64,000 nucleotides of DNA from an uncultured Ignavibacteriota bacterium (lineage in GTDB: Bacteria; Bacteroidota; Ignavibacteria; UBA10030; UBA8401): positions 54,497-118,496 of the forward strand of contig CAIOTF010000014.1 of NCBI GenBank assembly GCA_903861125.1, written 5' to 3'. Below are positions 1 to 9,340 of this stretch, piece by piece. The first letter of the stretch is position 1, and each line of letters begins with the position of its first letter. The translations under genes were made by a program, and so were the position numbers. The notes beneath the pieces are model-generated. The model saw nothing but the letters and a program-made list of their open reading frames with translations. It did no database searches and was not told where the DNA came from.

Positions 1-2053
1 AATTTATAACCCGACCGATTTTTACGTTACTAGGGATGAGTTCACAAAGCGGATACCATTTTTAGATTCGTTGGGGAACATCTTTCCGGACCCGAATAAT
101 CCAGGTTTTCCTTATTACTCTGATGACCCGCGTTTGGGTTCAAATAGTTCGCCCTATTATTTCAATCCGCTCGGTCGAAAACTTACATATAGGAATTTCG
201 GTTTCGTTCAGGCTCCAACCATCGATAGGCTTGGAAAACCTTCAGGGGACAGTGCTTTAATTCCGCTGAACACAAGCCAATCCTATAATATCCAGGGAAA
301 TCTTGCGTATCGCTTATCTTCAACGATGCGTTTGAAATATGAAGTTGTCTACGATAATGCGGAAAGCAAAAGTGCGTCATATTATGCCTTCCGGTTCAAT
401 CCGGACGGTAGACCGACCAATTACAGTAATGGCCTCGTTCAGGCATTGGATTGGACGCATACATTAAGCAATTCCATGTTCTATACTATCAAACTTTCTT
501 CCGGATACAGTGAAGATAAAACGTATGCGTATGAAAATATCAATGATCCTCGCTACCTTCCTGCATTCTACCAAACGACATTGCCGATCGTCGGATTTTA
601 TACCGGCGGTGTTTCGCTCGGCAGAACATTCCGCACATCGCAATCAAATGGCGGGAAGATCGATCTGCAGGCGCAATTGTTCGGCGATCATGAAGTGAAA
701 GTAGGAGCCGAAGTACGTCTTCATACCATTAAACTGGAATCGTACGATCTTGAATTTTACGATGTGAATAATCCAAGCCGCATCGTGGATGATTTTCAGG
801 ATGTGTACAGCGACAGTATAAAATATGCTGCCCGTAAACCTGACGTGAAATCAGGATATATAAATTTCGAGAAAACACCGAAACAGATTTCGATGTATGT
901 TCAGGACAAAATCGAACTTGAAAAATCGCTGATACTGAATGTCGGATTGCGGTACGAATATTTTGATCCGGCATCGAAGTTCAATCCGAAATTAAGCGAT
1001 GCACTTTCTGCCCGTGACACCACATTCCTTACCAAAGATCTTGTCAACGCAGAAGTGAAACACACATTCAGCCCTCGTATCAGCATCGCGTATCCGATTA
1101 CTGATCAAGGAGTGATCCGGTTCTCCTACGGTCACTTTTATCAGCTTGGCAATCTGTCATCACTGTATACAAATTCAAATTTCCGCGTGGCAGGTTCACA
1201 GCCGATTTTTGGAAACGCAGATGTAAAACCGCAGCGAAGTGTTCAATATGAAATAGGTCTTCAACAGGGATTAACGCCTGATCTCCGGTTGGAGGTTGTC
1301 GGGTTCTACAAAGATGTCCGCGATTATATCTTCAGGCAAATCGTCGTTACGGCAAAAGGGGATATCTCATACGAAGTATTGACCAACTTGGATTATGCGA
1401 ATTCACGCGGTCTTACAGTTTCTCTTTATCAAAGAAGAATGCCGGGAAGCATTTTCTCTTCTTCGATTGATTATACGTTCTCTGTAGCGGAGGGGAATAG
1501 AACAGAACCACGTGCCGACTTTTTCTTCAGCGAAAAGTCTGGAAAGAGTGCGGAAACATTTCTTGTCCCTCAGAGTTTCGACAGAACACACATCCTGAAT
1601 ACGACGATGAATTTCAGCGAATCTGATAATTACTCCGTAAGTCTTATCAGCCGTATGCAATCCGGCGCGCCGTATACTGCAAGTATTCCTGCCAGTCTTG
1701 CAACACAGCTTTCGCAGTTCATTCAGAACAGTTCAGTAAAGCCGTTCCAATGGTCCGTTGATGTGAAGATGGAAAAATATATTATGTTCGGTGGTTTCCG
1801 GTATTCATTATTTGTGCAAGTGGATAATCTTTTCGATACACGAAGCGAAACCGATGTGTACTCGAACAGTGGTAAAGCATTATATAATGCAAATCAAGTG
1901 GCAAATCCGAAGGAGTTTCAGGATATCCGACATAGGATAACCAATGGTGATCCCGGCATGATTCCGTTATCAGCTGTCGATAATTATTATATGAATCCCC
2001 AAAATGTCAGTCGTCCGCGCTTAGCTCGCTTCGGCTTTTCAGTACTTTTTTAA
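1..2053 (+). CDS. Outer-membrane beta-barrel protein, probably the C-terminal part of a TonB-dependent receptor; the 5' end is truncated by the window edge
   Basis: The frame is open from nt 2 with no stop, and the first in-frame start candidate is TTG at 71. The alternating amphipathic beta-strand pattern and the C-terminal ...RFGFSVLF ending in Phe are the usual barrel signature. The gene lies directly upstream of a large surface protein, as in receptor/cargo loci. Confidence 0.5.
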   Translation, partial: IYNPTDFYVTRDEFTKRIPFLDSLGNIFPDPNNPGFPYYSDDPRLGSNSSPYYFNPLGRKLTYRNFGFVQAPTIDRLGKPSGDSALIPLNTSQSYNIQGNLAYRLSSTMRLKYEVVYDNAESKSASYYAFRFNPDGRPTNYSNGLVQALDWTHTLSNSMFYTIKLSSGYSEDKTYAYENINDPRYLPAFYQTTLPIVGFYTGGVSLGRTFRTSQSNGGKIDLQAQLFGDHEVKVGAEVRLHTIKLESYDLEFYDVNNPSRIVDDFQDVYSDSIKYAARKPDVKSGYINFEKTPKQISMYVQDKIELEKSLILNVGLRYEYFDPASKFNPKLSDALSARDTTFLTKDLVNAEVKHTFSPRISIAYPITDQGVIRFSYGHFYQLGNLSSLYTNSNFRVAGSQPIFGNADVKPQRSVQYEIGLQQGLTPDLRLEVVGFYKDVRDYIFRQIVVTAKGDISYEVLTNLDYANSRGLTVSLYQRRMPGSIFSSSIDYTFSVAEGNRTEPRADFFFSEKSGKSAETFLVPQSFDRTHILNTTMNFSESDNYSVSLISRMQSGAPYTASIPASLATQLSQFIQNSSVKPFQWSVDVKMEKYIMFGGFRYSLFVQVDNLFDTRSETDVYSNSGKALYNANQVANPKEFQDIRHRITNGDPGMIPLSAVDNYYMNPQNVSRPRLARFGFSVLF

Positions 2054-2060
2054 ATAGATC

Positions 2061-5000
2061 ATGAACAAGGGAACTATTCGTATGAAGAAAAGTTTGTTAA
2101 TAACTCTTCTGGTTTTATTTTCAATAGCAGCATCACAGGAATCGAAGATCGACTTCCGCACTGCCGATATCAAATTTATGAATAAGCAGCAGCTGCGCGA
2201 ATTTCAGCGCTGGCGTGAAGACCAGTTCCGAATGATGAAATCGTCGGGCATGCAGTCCGAAGTGAAGAGTCTTGTAATTCAGGGAAATAAGATTCGTTCT
2301 ATTATTTACAACACAGGCGCCATCAGTAATCCCGGTGTTACAGGGAACGTGTTGGATCTTGTATGGAATGGTCTTGGCTATGGGTATGAGTTTGGTCCGC
2401 TCGTCACTTCCCGCGTTCCTCGGTCTGCTAATCCTAATGATTCAGTGAATATTGTTATTGACGGATTCGGAGGATCGAGTCGAAGCACAGCAGACGGTGA
2501 TTTTGCTCCCGATGGAGTTACCAAATGGGGCTGGCTGCCCAAAGGAGGGTATTCAGCGGCTGGACAAAATGATCTTGCCAGTTGGGGTGCACGAACATCT
2601 GACCTTCGAATCAAACCGAAATCGTGGCCGGAAACATGGTATAATTCCATTATAGGTGAATATATCTATCCTTCGTTCCTTGGTGGTAATGCAACAGTAC
2701 CGGATGAAGAAGTGTATTACGTTGTAGATGACTCAACGGATGCTGAATTTGATTATTTCCCGATGACAAGCAATACTGCTCATCGTGGACTTGGTATTAA
2801 TTTGGAAGTAAGGACATTTCAATTTGCAAATCCTTTGGCCGAAGATATTATTTTTCTTGTTTATACCGCAGAGAATGATCCAAAATCAAAAATGCTTCCA
2901 AAAGTCTATTTTGGTATGTTTGGCGACCCGCACGTTGGTGGTTATAATAATTTTGCAGATGATGCCGCAGAATTTATTCCTGCCCGCCCAATCGGTATTT
3001 CGGCATTTGATATGCGCTTGATACAGGACGGGAAAACAACTACTCCGTTGTCACGTAACATGGTGTATACATGGGATCCGGACGGCAAAAGTGATGTATC
3101 TACAATTGCGCCGGGATATTTTGGATATAAATTTCTGGAAAGCCCGAATAACAGCATTGATGGAATCGACAATGATGATGACGGTTTGAAAGATGAAAGT
3201 CCATATAATGACAAAGGAACTTTTATTGATGGTGTCAACGTCCCCTTAACAACTGGTATATTTGATACAACAAAATATATTGCATTGTATGGTACACCGA
3301 AACCGCGTTGGTCCGGTGATGAAGATGGAGATTGGGATAAAGAAAAGGATGACCTTGGCGTAGATGGAATTTTTGGGACCGGCGATTTCGGAGAAGGGAA
3401 CGGTGTCCCTGATCAATTGATAGGTCCAGACGGTTCATGGCTCGGTTCGGAACCGAACTTTGGATTCCGTGATGTTAACGAATCTGATCAGATCGGTTTG
3501 AGAAGCTTTTGGTCCTTGACCTTCGGCGGTAACAATCGTCCGAAAAACGATAATTTGATGTACAACAGTATTGTTGCACAATTCGATACGGCAGCACTTT
3601 CGACACTATATAGAACAGATCCGGCTAATCTTGGTGATTATATATTTCTCTATGGTTCAGGTCCGTTTGAAATGGATCCTGGTCATCGGGAGCGTTTTTC
3701 TATTGCACTGTTGATGGGGCAGGACCTTAAAGATCTTTTGTTGAATTCTGAGACAGCACAACTAGTACTGGCGGCAAACTATCGTTTCGCGCAGCCTCCT
3801 CCAAAACCAAAAGTAACAGCTGTGGCTGGTAACGGACGCGTAACATTATATTGGGATAATTCTGCCGAGAACGCGAGTGATCCGTTTTCCGGAAAAAAAG
3901 ATTTTGAAGGATATAAAATCTATCGCAGTCAGGACTTTACATTCAAAGATGTTTTCAGTATTACCGATGGCAACGGGTATGCGTTCCTGGGCAAAGCATT
4001 GTATGATCAGCAGGCAAGGAAATCAGCATTGTGGCATCGTCCTTGGACAAAAGCTGAACAGGATAAATATCTCGGTGGGTTTATGCCGGTGGAATATCGC
4101 GGACGCTACATAAAATATTATATGGGTGAACCGAGCGATGCATCGGGTATTCTGCATGAGTATGTCGACTCGACCGTTACCAACGGAATCAACTATTATT
4201 ACGCCGTTGTATCGTTCGATCACGGTGACGACAGTCTCCAACTTCCGCCGTCTGAAAGCCAGTCGATCATTCAGCGTGATGCCGTTACGCAGGAATTCAA
4301 ATTTGATGTGAACACAGTTTCCGTCGTGCCGAATTCCGAAGCAAAAGGTCTTGTCAGTACAAAGTCAGAACTGCAAAACGGAATGTCTCTCACTCATCCA
4401 AAAGGAGCCGGTACTGGGAGCATTCATTTTAAGGTATTGAACGAATTAGCACTGACAAACGGACAGTATAAAGTAACATTTGCAAAGACGAAGGTTGGGT
4501 CTGATACGGTTATTTCCTACAGCATCCTCAGAACTACTCCAGCTGTTGAGCATGTCACTGGTAACGAAAATTTATTTATTAATTTGCAGAATAAAAATTT
4601 TGTTTCGTCCAGCGTAAAGATATATGACGGTGCCGATACCACGGCGCCGCTCGTTGCCTCCACGTCGATCTTTGCTGATTCTGCTAATGGGAGACTACGG
4701 GCAACGGCAACAGGAGTTTTATTGCGAACAAAGACCTATACCGTAGCATATCAATATTATCCTGTTGCGAACAGTAGCTATTATAAAGCGAATGATTCCA
4801 ATCCGGTATTCGACGGTATCCGAACATATTTCATAGACGATTCGCTGATGCTGGACGGGACAAACACGGGATTCACCTCGAAAGCTAACTCGGATAGTAT
4901 GTCGGTAAATATTTCTTCTACTTTCTCCACATTGAAAAATAAACTGCATCCGATCGATTATAAGATAACGTTCATGTGCACTACCGCTGATACGAATGCA

Positions 5001-5702
5001 AGCGGTAATTACAGCGCACCGGCGGATTCGTTTGTTTCGTCTGCAACATTCCCATCGGCGAATAAAGCTTATGTGAAAACGCCATTCAAAGTGGAGAACG
5101 TTACCGACACAACCAAATTGACGATCATCATCCAGGACAAAACGGGACCGTTGAATAAGGCCGGACGATGGGACCTTGGTGAAGAAATTATTATAATGGA
5201 ATTGGCGACGCCTGTTTTACAATCAAAAATATTCCATAATATATCGATAACAAAGAAGAGCAGCGTGCTCAATTATGTAATACAGGCAGGCTCTGTCTTT
5301 AATATCAAAATGAAAAAACCTTTTAATGTGAATGATGTATTCGGATTCACAACCAAAGCGATGACGTACAATGCAGCGATTGGTGATCAGCAGCTGCAGA
5401 ATATAATTGTTGTACCGAATCCTTATGTGATCAGTAGTGCATTCGAATTACCGTCGAACAGACCTGATTTACGAGGGGATAGAGCCCTTCAGTTCAGAAA
5501 CCTTCCGAAGGAATGCACGATCCGTATCTACACTATCACAGGGGAATTGGTACAGACACTACGAAAAAATGATAACACTTCATATATGAACTGGGACCTT
5601 CTTTCATCTGAAAGCGCTCGTGTCGGGTATGGTGTTTATATTTATCATATTGAAACGCCGACCGGCGGTACGAAGATCGGTCGTCTTGGAATCATTAAAT
5701 AA
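2061..5702 (+). CDS. Large secreted cell-surface protein (1213 aa) with a type A T9SS C-terminal sorting domain; function unknown
   Basis: N-terminal signal peptide MKKSLLITLLVLFSIAASQ. Acidic DGIDNDDDGLKDE, which is Ca-binding-like. The last ~80 aa (VVPNPYV...IRIYTITGELV...GVYIYHIETPTGGTKIGRLGIIK) fit a Por secretion tail. Confidence 0.65.
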   Translation: MNKGTIRMKKSLLITLLVLFSIAASQESKIDFRTADIKFMNKQQLREFQRWREDQFRMMKSSGMQSEVKSLVIQGNKIRSIIYNTGAISNPGVTGNVLDLVWNGLGYGYEFGPLVTSRVPRSANPNDSVNIVIDGFGGSSRSTADGDFAPDGVTKWGWLPKGGYSAAGQNDLASWGARTSDLRIKPKSWPETWYNSIIGEYIYPSFLGGNATVPDEEVYYVVDDSTDAEFDYFPMTSNTAHRGLGINLEVRTFQFANPLAEDIIFLVYTAENDPKSKMLPKVYFGMFGDPHVGGYNNFADDAAEFIPARPIGISAFDMRLIQDGKTTTPLSRNMVYTWDPDGKSDVSTIAPGYFGYKFLESPNNSIDGIDNDDDGLKDESPYNDKGTFIDGVNVPLTTGIFDTTKYIALYGTPKPRWSGDEDGDWDKEKDDLGVDGIFGTGDFGEGNGVPDQLIGPDGSWLGSEPNFGFRDVNESDQIGLRSFWSLTFGGNNRPKNDNLMYNSIVAQFDTAALSTLYRTDPANLGDYIFLYGSGPFEMDPGHRERFSIALLMGQDLKDLLLNSETAQLVLAANYRFAQPPPKPKVTAVAGNGRVTLYWDNSAENASDPFSGKKDFEGYKIYRSQDFTFKDVFSITDGNGYAFLGKALYDQQARKSALWHRPWTKAEQDKYLGGFMPVEYRGRYIKYYMGEPSDASGILHEYVDSTVTNGINYYYAVVSFDHGDDSLQLPPSESQSIIQRDAVTQEFKFDVNTVSVVPNSEAKGLVSTKSELQNGMSLTHPKGAGTGSIHFKVLNELALTNGQYKVTFAKTKVGSDTVISYSILRTTPAVEHVTGNENLFINLQNKNFVSSSVKIYDGADTTAPLVASTSIFADSANGRLRATATGVLLRTKTYTVAYQYYPVANSSYYKANDSNPVFDGIRTYFIDDSLMLDGTNTGFTSKANSDSMSVNISSTFSTLKNKLHPIDYKITFMCTTADTNASGNYSAPADSFVSSATFPSANKAYVKTPFKVENVTDTTKLTIIIQDKTGPLNKAGRWDLGEEIIIMELATPVLQSKIFHNISITKKSSVLNYVIQAGSVFNIKMKKPFNVNDVFGFTTKAMTYNAAIGDQQLQNIIVVPNPYVISSAFELPSNRPDLRGDRALQFRNLPKECTIRIYTITGELVQTLRKNDNTSYMNWDLLSSESARVGYGVYIYHIETPTGGTKIGRLGIIK

Positions 5703-5722
5703 AAACCTGGAGAACTGGCTCA

Positions 5723-6756
5723 TGAAATTTGCTATTCGTTTATCGGTAATCGTACTTGTTCTCGCTACGGTACATGTTGCCTCTGCGCAGATCAGCAGAA
5801 CGACAACAAAAGTAGGGACGACTGTAGCGCAGTTCCTTAAAATCGGGGCCGGTGCGCGTGCCGTTGCAATGGGAGGCAGCGCTGCCGCAATGGATGGGGA
5901 TGTTTATTCCATTTACTGGAATCCTGGTTCTCTTGCCCGTCTTAAAACGCCCGGAGAAGCTTCGTTCAATCATACTCAGTGGCTCGCCGACATCAACTAT
6001 AACTATGCAGCTGCCGGTTTAACGATTGATGGCGTAGGAACACTCGGACTTTCTGTAACGTCGGTCACTATGCCTGAAGAAATTGTCCGGACTGAAATCA
6101 ATCCAGAGGGTGACGGACGTCGGTGGAGCTATAGCGCATTCGCTATGGGACTTTCTTTTGCCCGATCCTTAACAGACAGATTTTCGATCGGATTCACGAC
6201 TAAATATGTTCATGAAGGTATTTGGAATATGGCTGCTTCCGGATTTGCTTTCGATATTGGAACGATCTATACGACCACGTTCAATGGTTTGAAAATCGGT
6301 GCTAGTATTTCCAATTTCGGAACAAAAATGAGACTAGACGGACAGGATATTTCGTTCAATAATTTCCCGACAGGTGAACAGGGTCAAGGTCCGCAAAATA
6401 TCCAATCGTTATATAAAACAGAAGCGTATGATATTCCATTACAATTCCGCATCGGTTTTGCGATGGATGTACTGAATATGGATGTCATTCGGGCTACGGC
6501 TTCGGTCGATGCAACGCATCCGAACGATAACGTGGAATACGTAAATTCGGGTATGGAATTGGCATACGATGAAATGTTCTTTGCCCGCGTGGGATATAAT
6601 TCAATGTTCAATGAAAATTCCGAACAGGGATTAACCTGGGGTGTTGGTATGTATTTCCAGGTGACAAATCTCAACGGCATTAAAGTTGATTACGCATTTG
6701 CCGACCAGGGACGTCTCACTAATGTGCAATATGTTTCAGTGAGTGTGACCTACTAA
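5723..6756 (+). CDS. FadL/TodX/PorV-like outer-membrane beta-barrel protein (possible T9SS PorV/PorQ-family shuttle)
   Basis: The ATG at 5723 gives a clean signal peptide MKFAIRLSVIVLVLATVHVASAQ, whereas the ORF-track start at 5620 overlaps the upstream gene. The N-terminal motif GAGARAVAMGGSAAAMDGDVYSIYWNPGSLA resembles the FadL-family consensus (G-L-G-R-A-x-S-G-E-A-A...N-P-A). The C-terminus is aromatic-rich. Confidence 0.5.
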
Positions 6757-6781
6757 AAAATAACCTGTAATGAAACATTAT

Positions 6782-6826
6782 GACCTTGCAGAGAATAATT
6801 CTTTGCAAGGTCTTTTTATTTTAAGT
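6782..6826 (+). terminator. Rho-independent terminator downstream of the barrel gene
   Basis: Hairpin gaccttgcagag...ctttgcaaggtc followed by tctttttatttt. Confidence 0.5.
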
Positions 6827-7197
6827 ATGATCATAAAAGTATTGCACGTTAGCACACGTCCGGGAAACTAGATAAGAATTCTATCATCATTAGTATTACG
6901 TCTGGCACAGTGTCTTATTCTCTAATGGGCATATACCTTGATGTTTGTCTGAAGCACTTCTTCGTGGCGTTGAAATATAAATCATTATGCCGAACTTGTT
7001 TCAATTTTCGGAATCCACACTCCGGACCCCGAAATGCTTCTGTGCGGCATGCCGTATGAAGAGACAAGTTCAGTATGAGGCAGCAAATACACCGCAGCAT
7101 GTCTGTTGGACCACCTCGTGGAGTTGTGGTGATGATGTATTCAATTGTTTTGAATAGTGCCTATAAGTTCAGATCTCATAAAACATGCACAAAAGAT

Positions 7198-7232
7198 CAA
7201 AAAAAAACCTGAGTTCATCACTCAGGTTTTTT
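7198..7232. terminator. Bidirectional intrinsic terminator
   Basis: An A9 run, then cctgagt-tcatc-actcagg, then a T6 run. It reads as a hairpin plus U-tract on both strands and sits 3' of the minus-strand gene that ends at 7251. Confidence 0.55.
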
Positions 7233-7250
7233 ACGGTAAACATGAAAATA

Positions 7251-9161
7251 TTATTTAACCATTAACATTTTAATGTTCTTCTCAACGTTACCGGCCTTCA
7301 TTGTTGCAATATAAGCACCCGTTGCAACCGTTTTGCCGCTCTTATCTTTTCCATTCCATGTAACATTGTGCGAACCTTTTGCATACTCTTCATTGTTTGC
7401 CAATGTTACAACTTCCTTGCCGAGCATATCATAAACGCGTAAAGAAATTTTCTTGGTCAAGGGGAGAACAAAATTGATTGTTGTCGACGGGTTGAACGGA
7501 TTCGGGAAATTCTGATTCAACTCGTAATCGTCCGGAGTGATCACTGTAAGATCTTTCGTGGAGACCGATCCTACGACATCTGCTTCTAACGATCTGATGA
7601 TCCATTTCTTAGCGTTGGTCACATTCTTTGATGAATCCACGACGAATGCCTGTGTATTAATGTCGAATTTCTGCCAGGAATATGTCGTTGAATCTATCAA
7701 CGCCTGATAAGGAAGAATAACTTCCATCTTGCCATCACCATCAACATCCATTGGTTTGGACATTTTTGATACAAAACCTTCACCGAGTGTTTTTACTGTA
7801 TCCTTAATTCCCATAGAATCACGATAACTAACTGTTGCAAGAATATCAGCTTCGCCTTTATAATACACTTTGCGGATGTAACTTGACGAGTCTCTCAGTG
7901 AACCGGTCCCTTTATATTCAATGGCAACCACATTACTGGGATACGATGAACCAACAAGGATCTCTGATTTTCCATTTCTGTCGAGGTCAGCGACAACACC
8001 GGTAAAATTAGACATTCCTACACCCGACGTTGTTTGAGCAACTTTCGCTGCTATACGGACTGCATGTGTCGAATCAGATTTCTGAACATTATCGCTGGTG
8101 TTATAGTCAACAACATACATAGCACCGTCAAGATCACTCAAACCGCCATACAGAGGAAAATACACTTCAAAATTTTTATCCTTGTCAAGGTCTGCAACTA
8201 CTCCGCCGAATAATGCAACATAATCATTACCGGGGGTCATTTGATAATATTGATTGTTATTTACCGGAGCTGTAGTGTCCGGCATAACATACGTATCCGG
8301 TCCGGTTACTTTTATTACCCAATAATCAGAAAAATTCCAATTATGGCAGACAATTTCCATTTTCCCGTCGCCATTAAGGTCGGCAGGATGAACGGCATAC
8401 GGAGATCCGCCGCCGAATTTAGAACTCGCCATCAGGAGTGAACTTCCTTCAATTTCAAATGTTGCGAAACCCTGACTTTCGAAATCCCATCCGCCGACAG
8501 CATGGATAATCAGAAAATCATCATTTGCAGATCCTGTAACATTTTTGGGTGTCAATAATTCCTGTTGTCCGTCACCGTCAACATCGGTTACTTCAAACTG
8601 TTCTACCGTCAGTTGCAGACCAATTTCAACCGGTGTTCCTGCCCGCGTACCGAAATTTGCACCATACGCAACAGTATTTGATATCATTGCTGAAGGAACT
8701 TTTCCAAATTTGTGGCTGCCATTGACACCGTCCCATTCAAAAATTAGGATACCGCCCGCTGTACCGGCGCGGGGGAATATAATTTCGCCTCTACCATCGC
8801 CATCCATATCGCCTGAGCGGATAGTTCGTGGAGTTGAACTGCCTCCAGCACCATACGGAAGACCTGCCAGGGTATCTAAACGCGGAGAAGACCAAATCCA
8901 TTCCAATGTATCGTTTCCTGCTGCCTGGAAGACGTGAACACGACCAGTTTTAGTATAATCAGTTATAATAATTTCAGGTTTTCCATCGTGGTCGAGATCG
9001 GGAGCGACCCAGCATCCGCGGACACCAATATCGCCGAAATATGCACTGTCAGGTTTAACAAACGTCTTTTTTGGAACAAATTTTGCGCCTACGTGGGTCT
9101 GACCGAAGGCAAACGCCGCGACCAAGATGGATAAAAAAATCAGTATATTTGTTCTTTTCAT
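7251..9161 (-). CDS. Secreted protein with FG-GAP/integrin-like repeats and a type A T9SS C-terminal sorting domain
   Basis: Signal peptide MKRTNILIFLSILVAAFAFGQ. At least 7 repeats of the D-x-D/N-x-D-G-x-x-E-I/L Ca-binding FG-GAP motif (DLDHDGKPEII, DMDGDGRGEII, DVDGDGQQELL, DLNGDGKMEIV, DLDRNGKSEIL, DVDGDGKMEVI). C-terminal NFPNPFNPSTTINF...LRVYDMLGKEV...GAYIATMKAG matches a Por_Secre_tail. Confidence 0.7.
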   Translation of the reverse strand: MKRTNILIFLSILVAAFAFGQTHVGAKFVPKKTFVKPDSAYFGDIGVRGCWVAPDLDHDGKPEIIITDYTKTGRVHVFQAAGNDTLEWIWSSPRLDTLAGLPYGAGGSSTPRTIRSGDMDGDGRGEIIFPRAGTAGGILIFEWDGVNGSHKFGKVPSAMISNTVAYGANFGTRAGTPVEIGLQLTVEQFEVTDVDGDGQQELLTPKNVTGSANDDFLIIHAVGGWDFESQGFATFEIEGSSLLMASSKFGGGSPYAVHPADLNGDGKMEIVCHNWNFSDYWVIKVTGPDTYVMPDTTAPVNNNQYYQMTPGNDYVALFGGVVADLDKDKNFEVYFPLYGGLSDLDGAMYVVDYNTSDNVQKSDSTHAVRIAAKVAQTTSGVGMSNFTGVVADLDRNGKSEILVGSSYPSNVVAIEYKGTGSLRDSSSYIRKVYYKGEADILATVSYRDSMGIKDTVKTLGEGFVSKMSKPMDVDGDGKMEVILPYQALIDSTTYSWQKFDINTQAFVVDSSKNVTNAKKWIIRSLEADVVGSVSTKDLTVITPDDYELNQNFPNPFNPSTTINFVLPLTKKISLRVYDMLGKEVVTLANNEEYAKGSHNVTWNGKDKSGKTVATGAYIATMKAGNVEKNIKMLMVK

Positions 9162-9340
9162 TGTAGCTCCTAAATGATGAAAGATGATGTGGATTGTTGT
9201 TTCATACCGTAGTGTTACATCATTGCCTTAAAAATAGTCAAACTCTTATAGTGAATCAAGATTTCTATTGAATATTTTATCTTCATTTATTTGAATTGTG
9301 AGGGTTATTTGGTATTTTTTGATACATATTATGGATATGA

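Noticed and set aside
5620-5722. ORF-track start of the barrel gene at 5620
   Set aside because: It overlaps the upstream 1213 aa gene by 83 nt and puts about 34 non-signal residues before an obvious signal peptide. The ATG at 5723 is preferred.
8545-8937. 130 aa plus-strand ORF
   Set aside because: Antisense within the FG-GAP T9SS cargo gene, with Pro/Ser-rich low-complexity translation.
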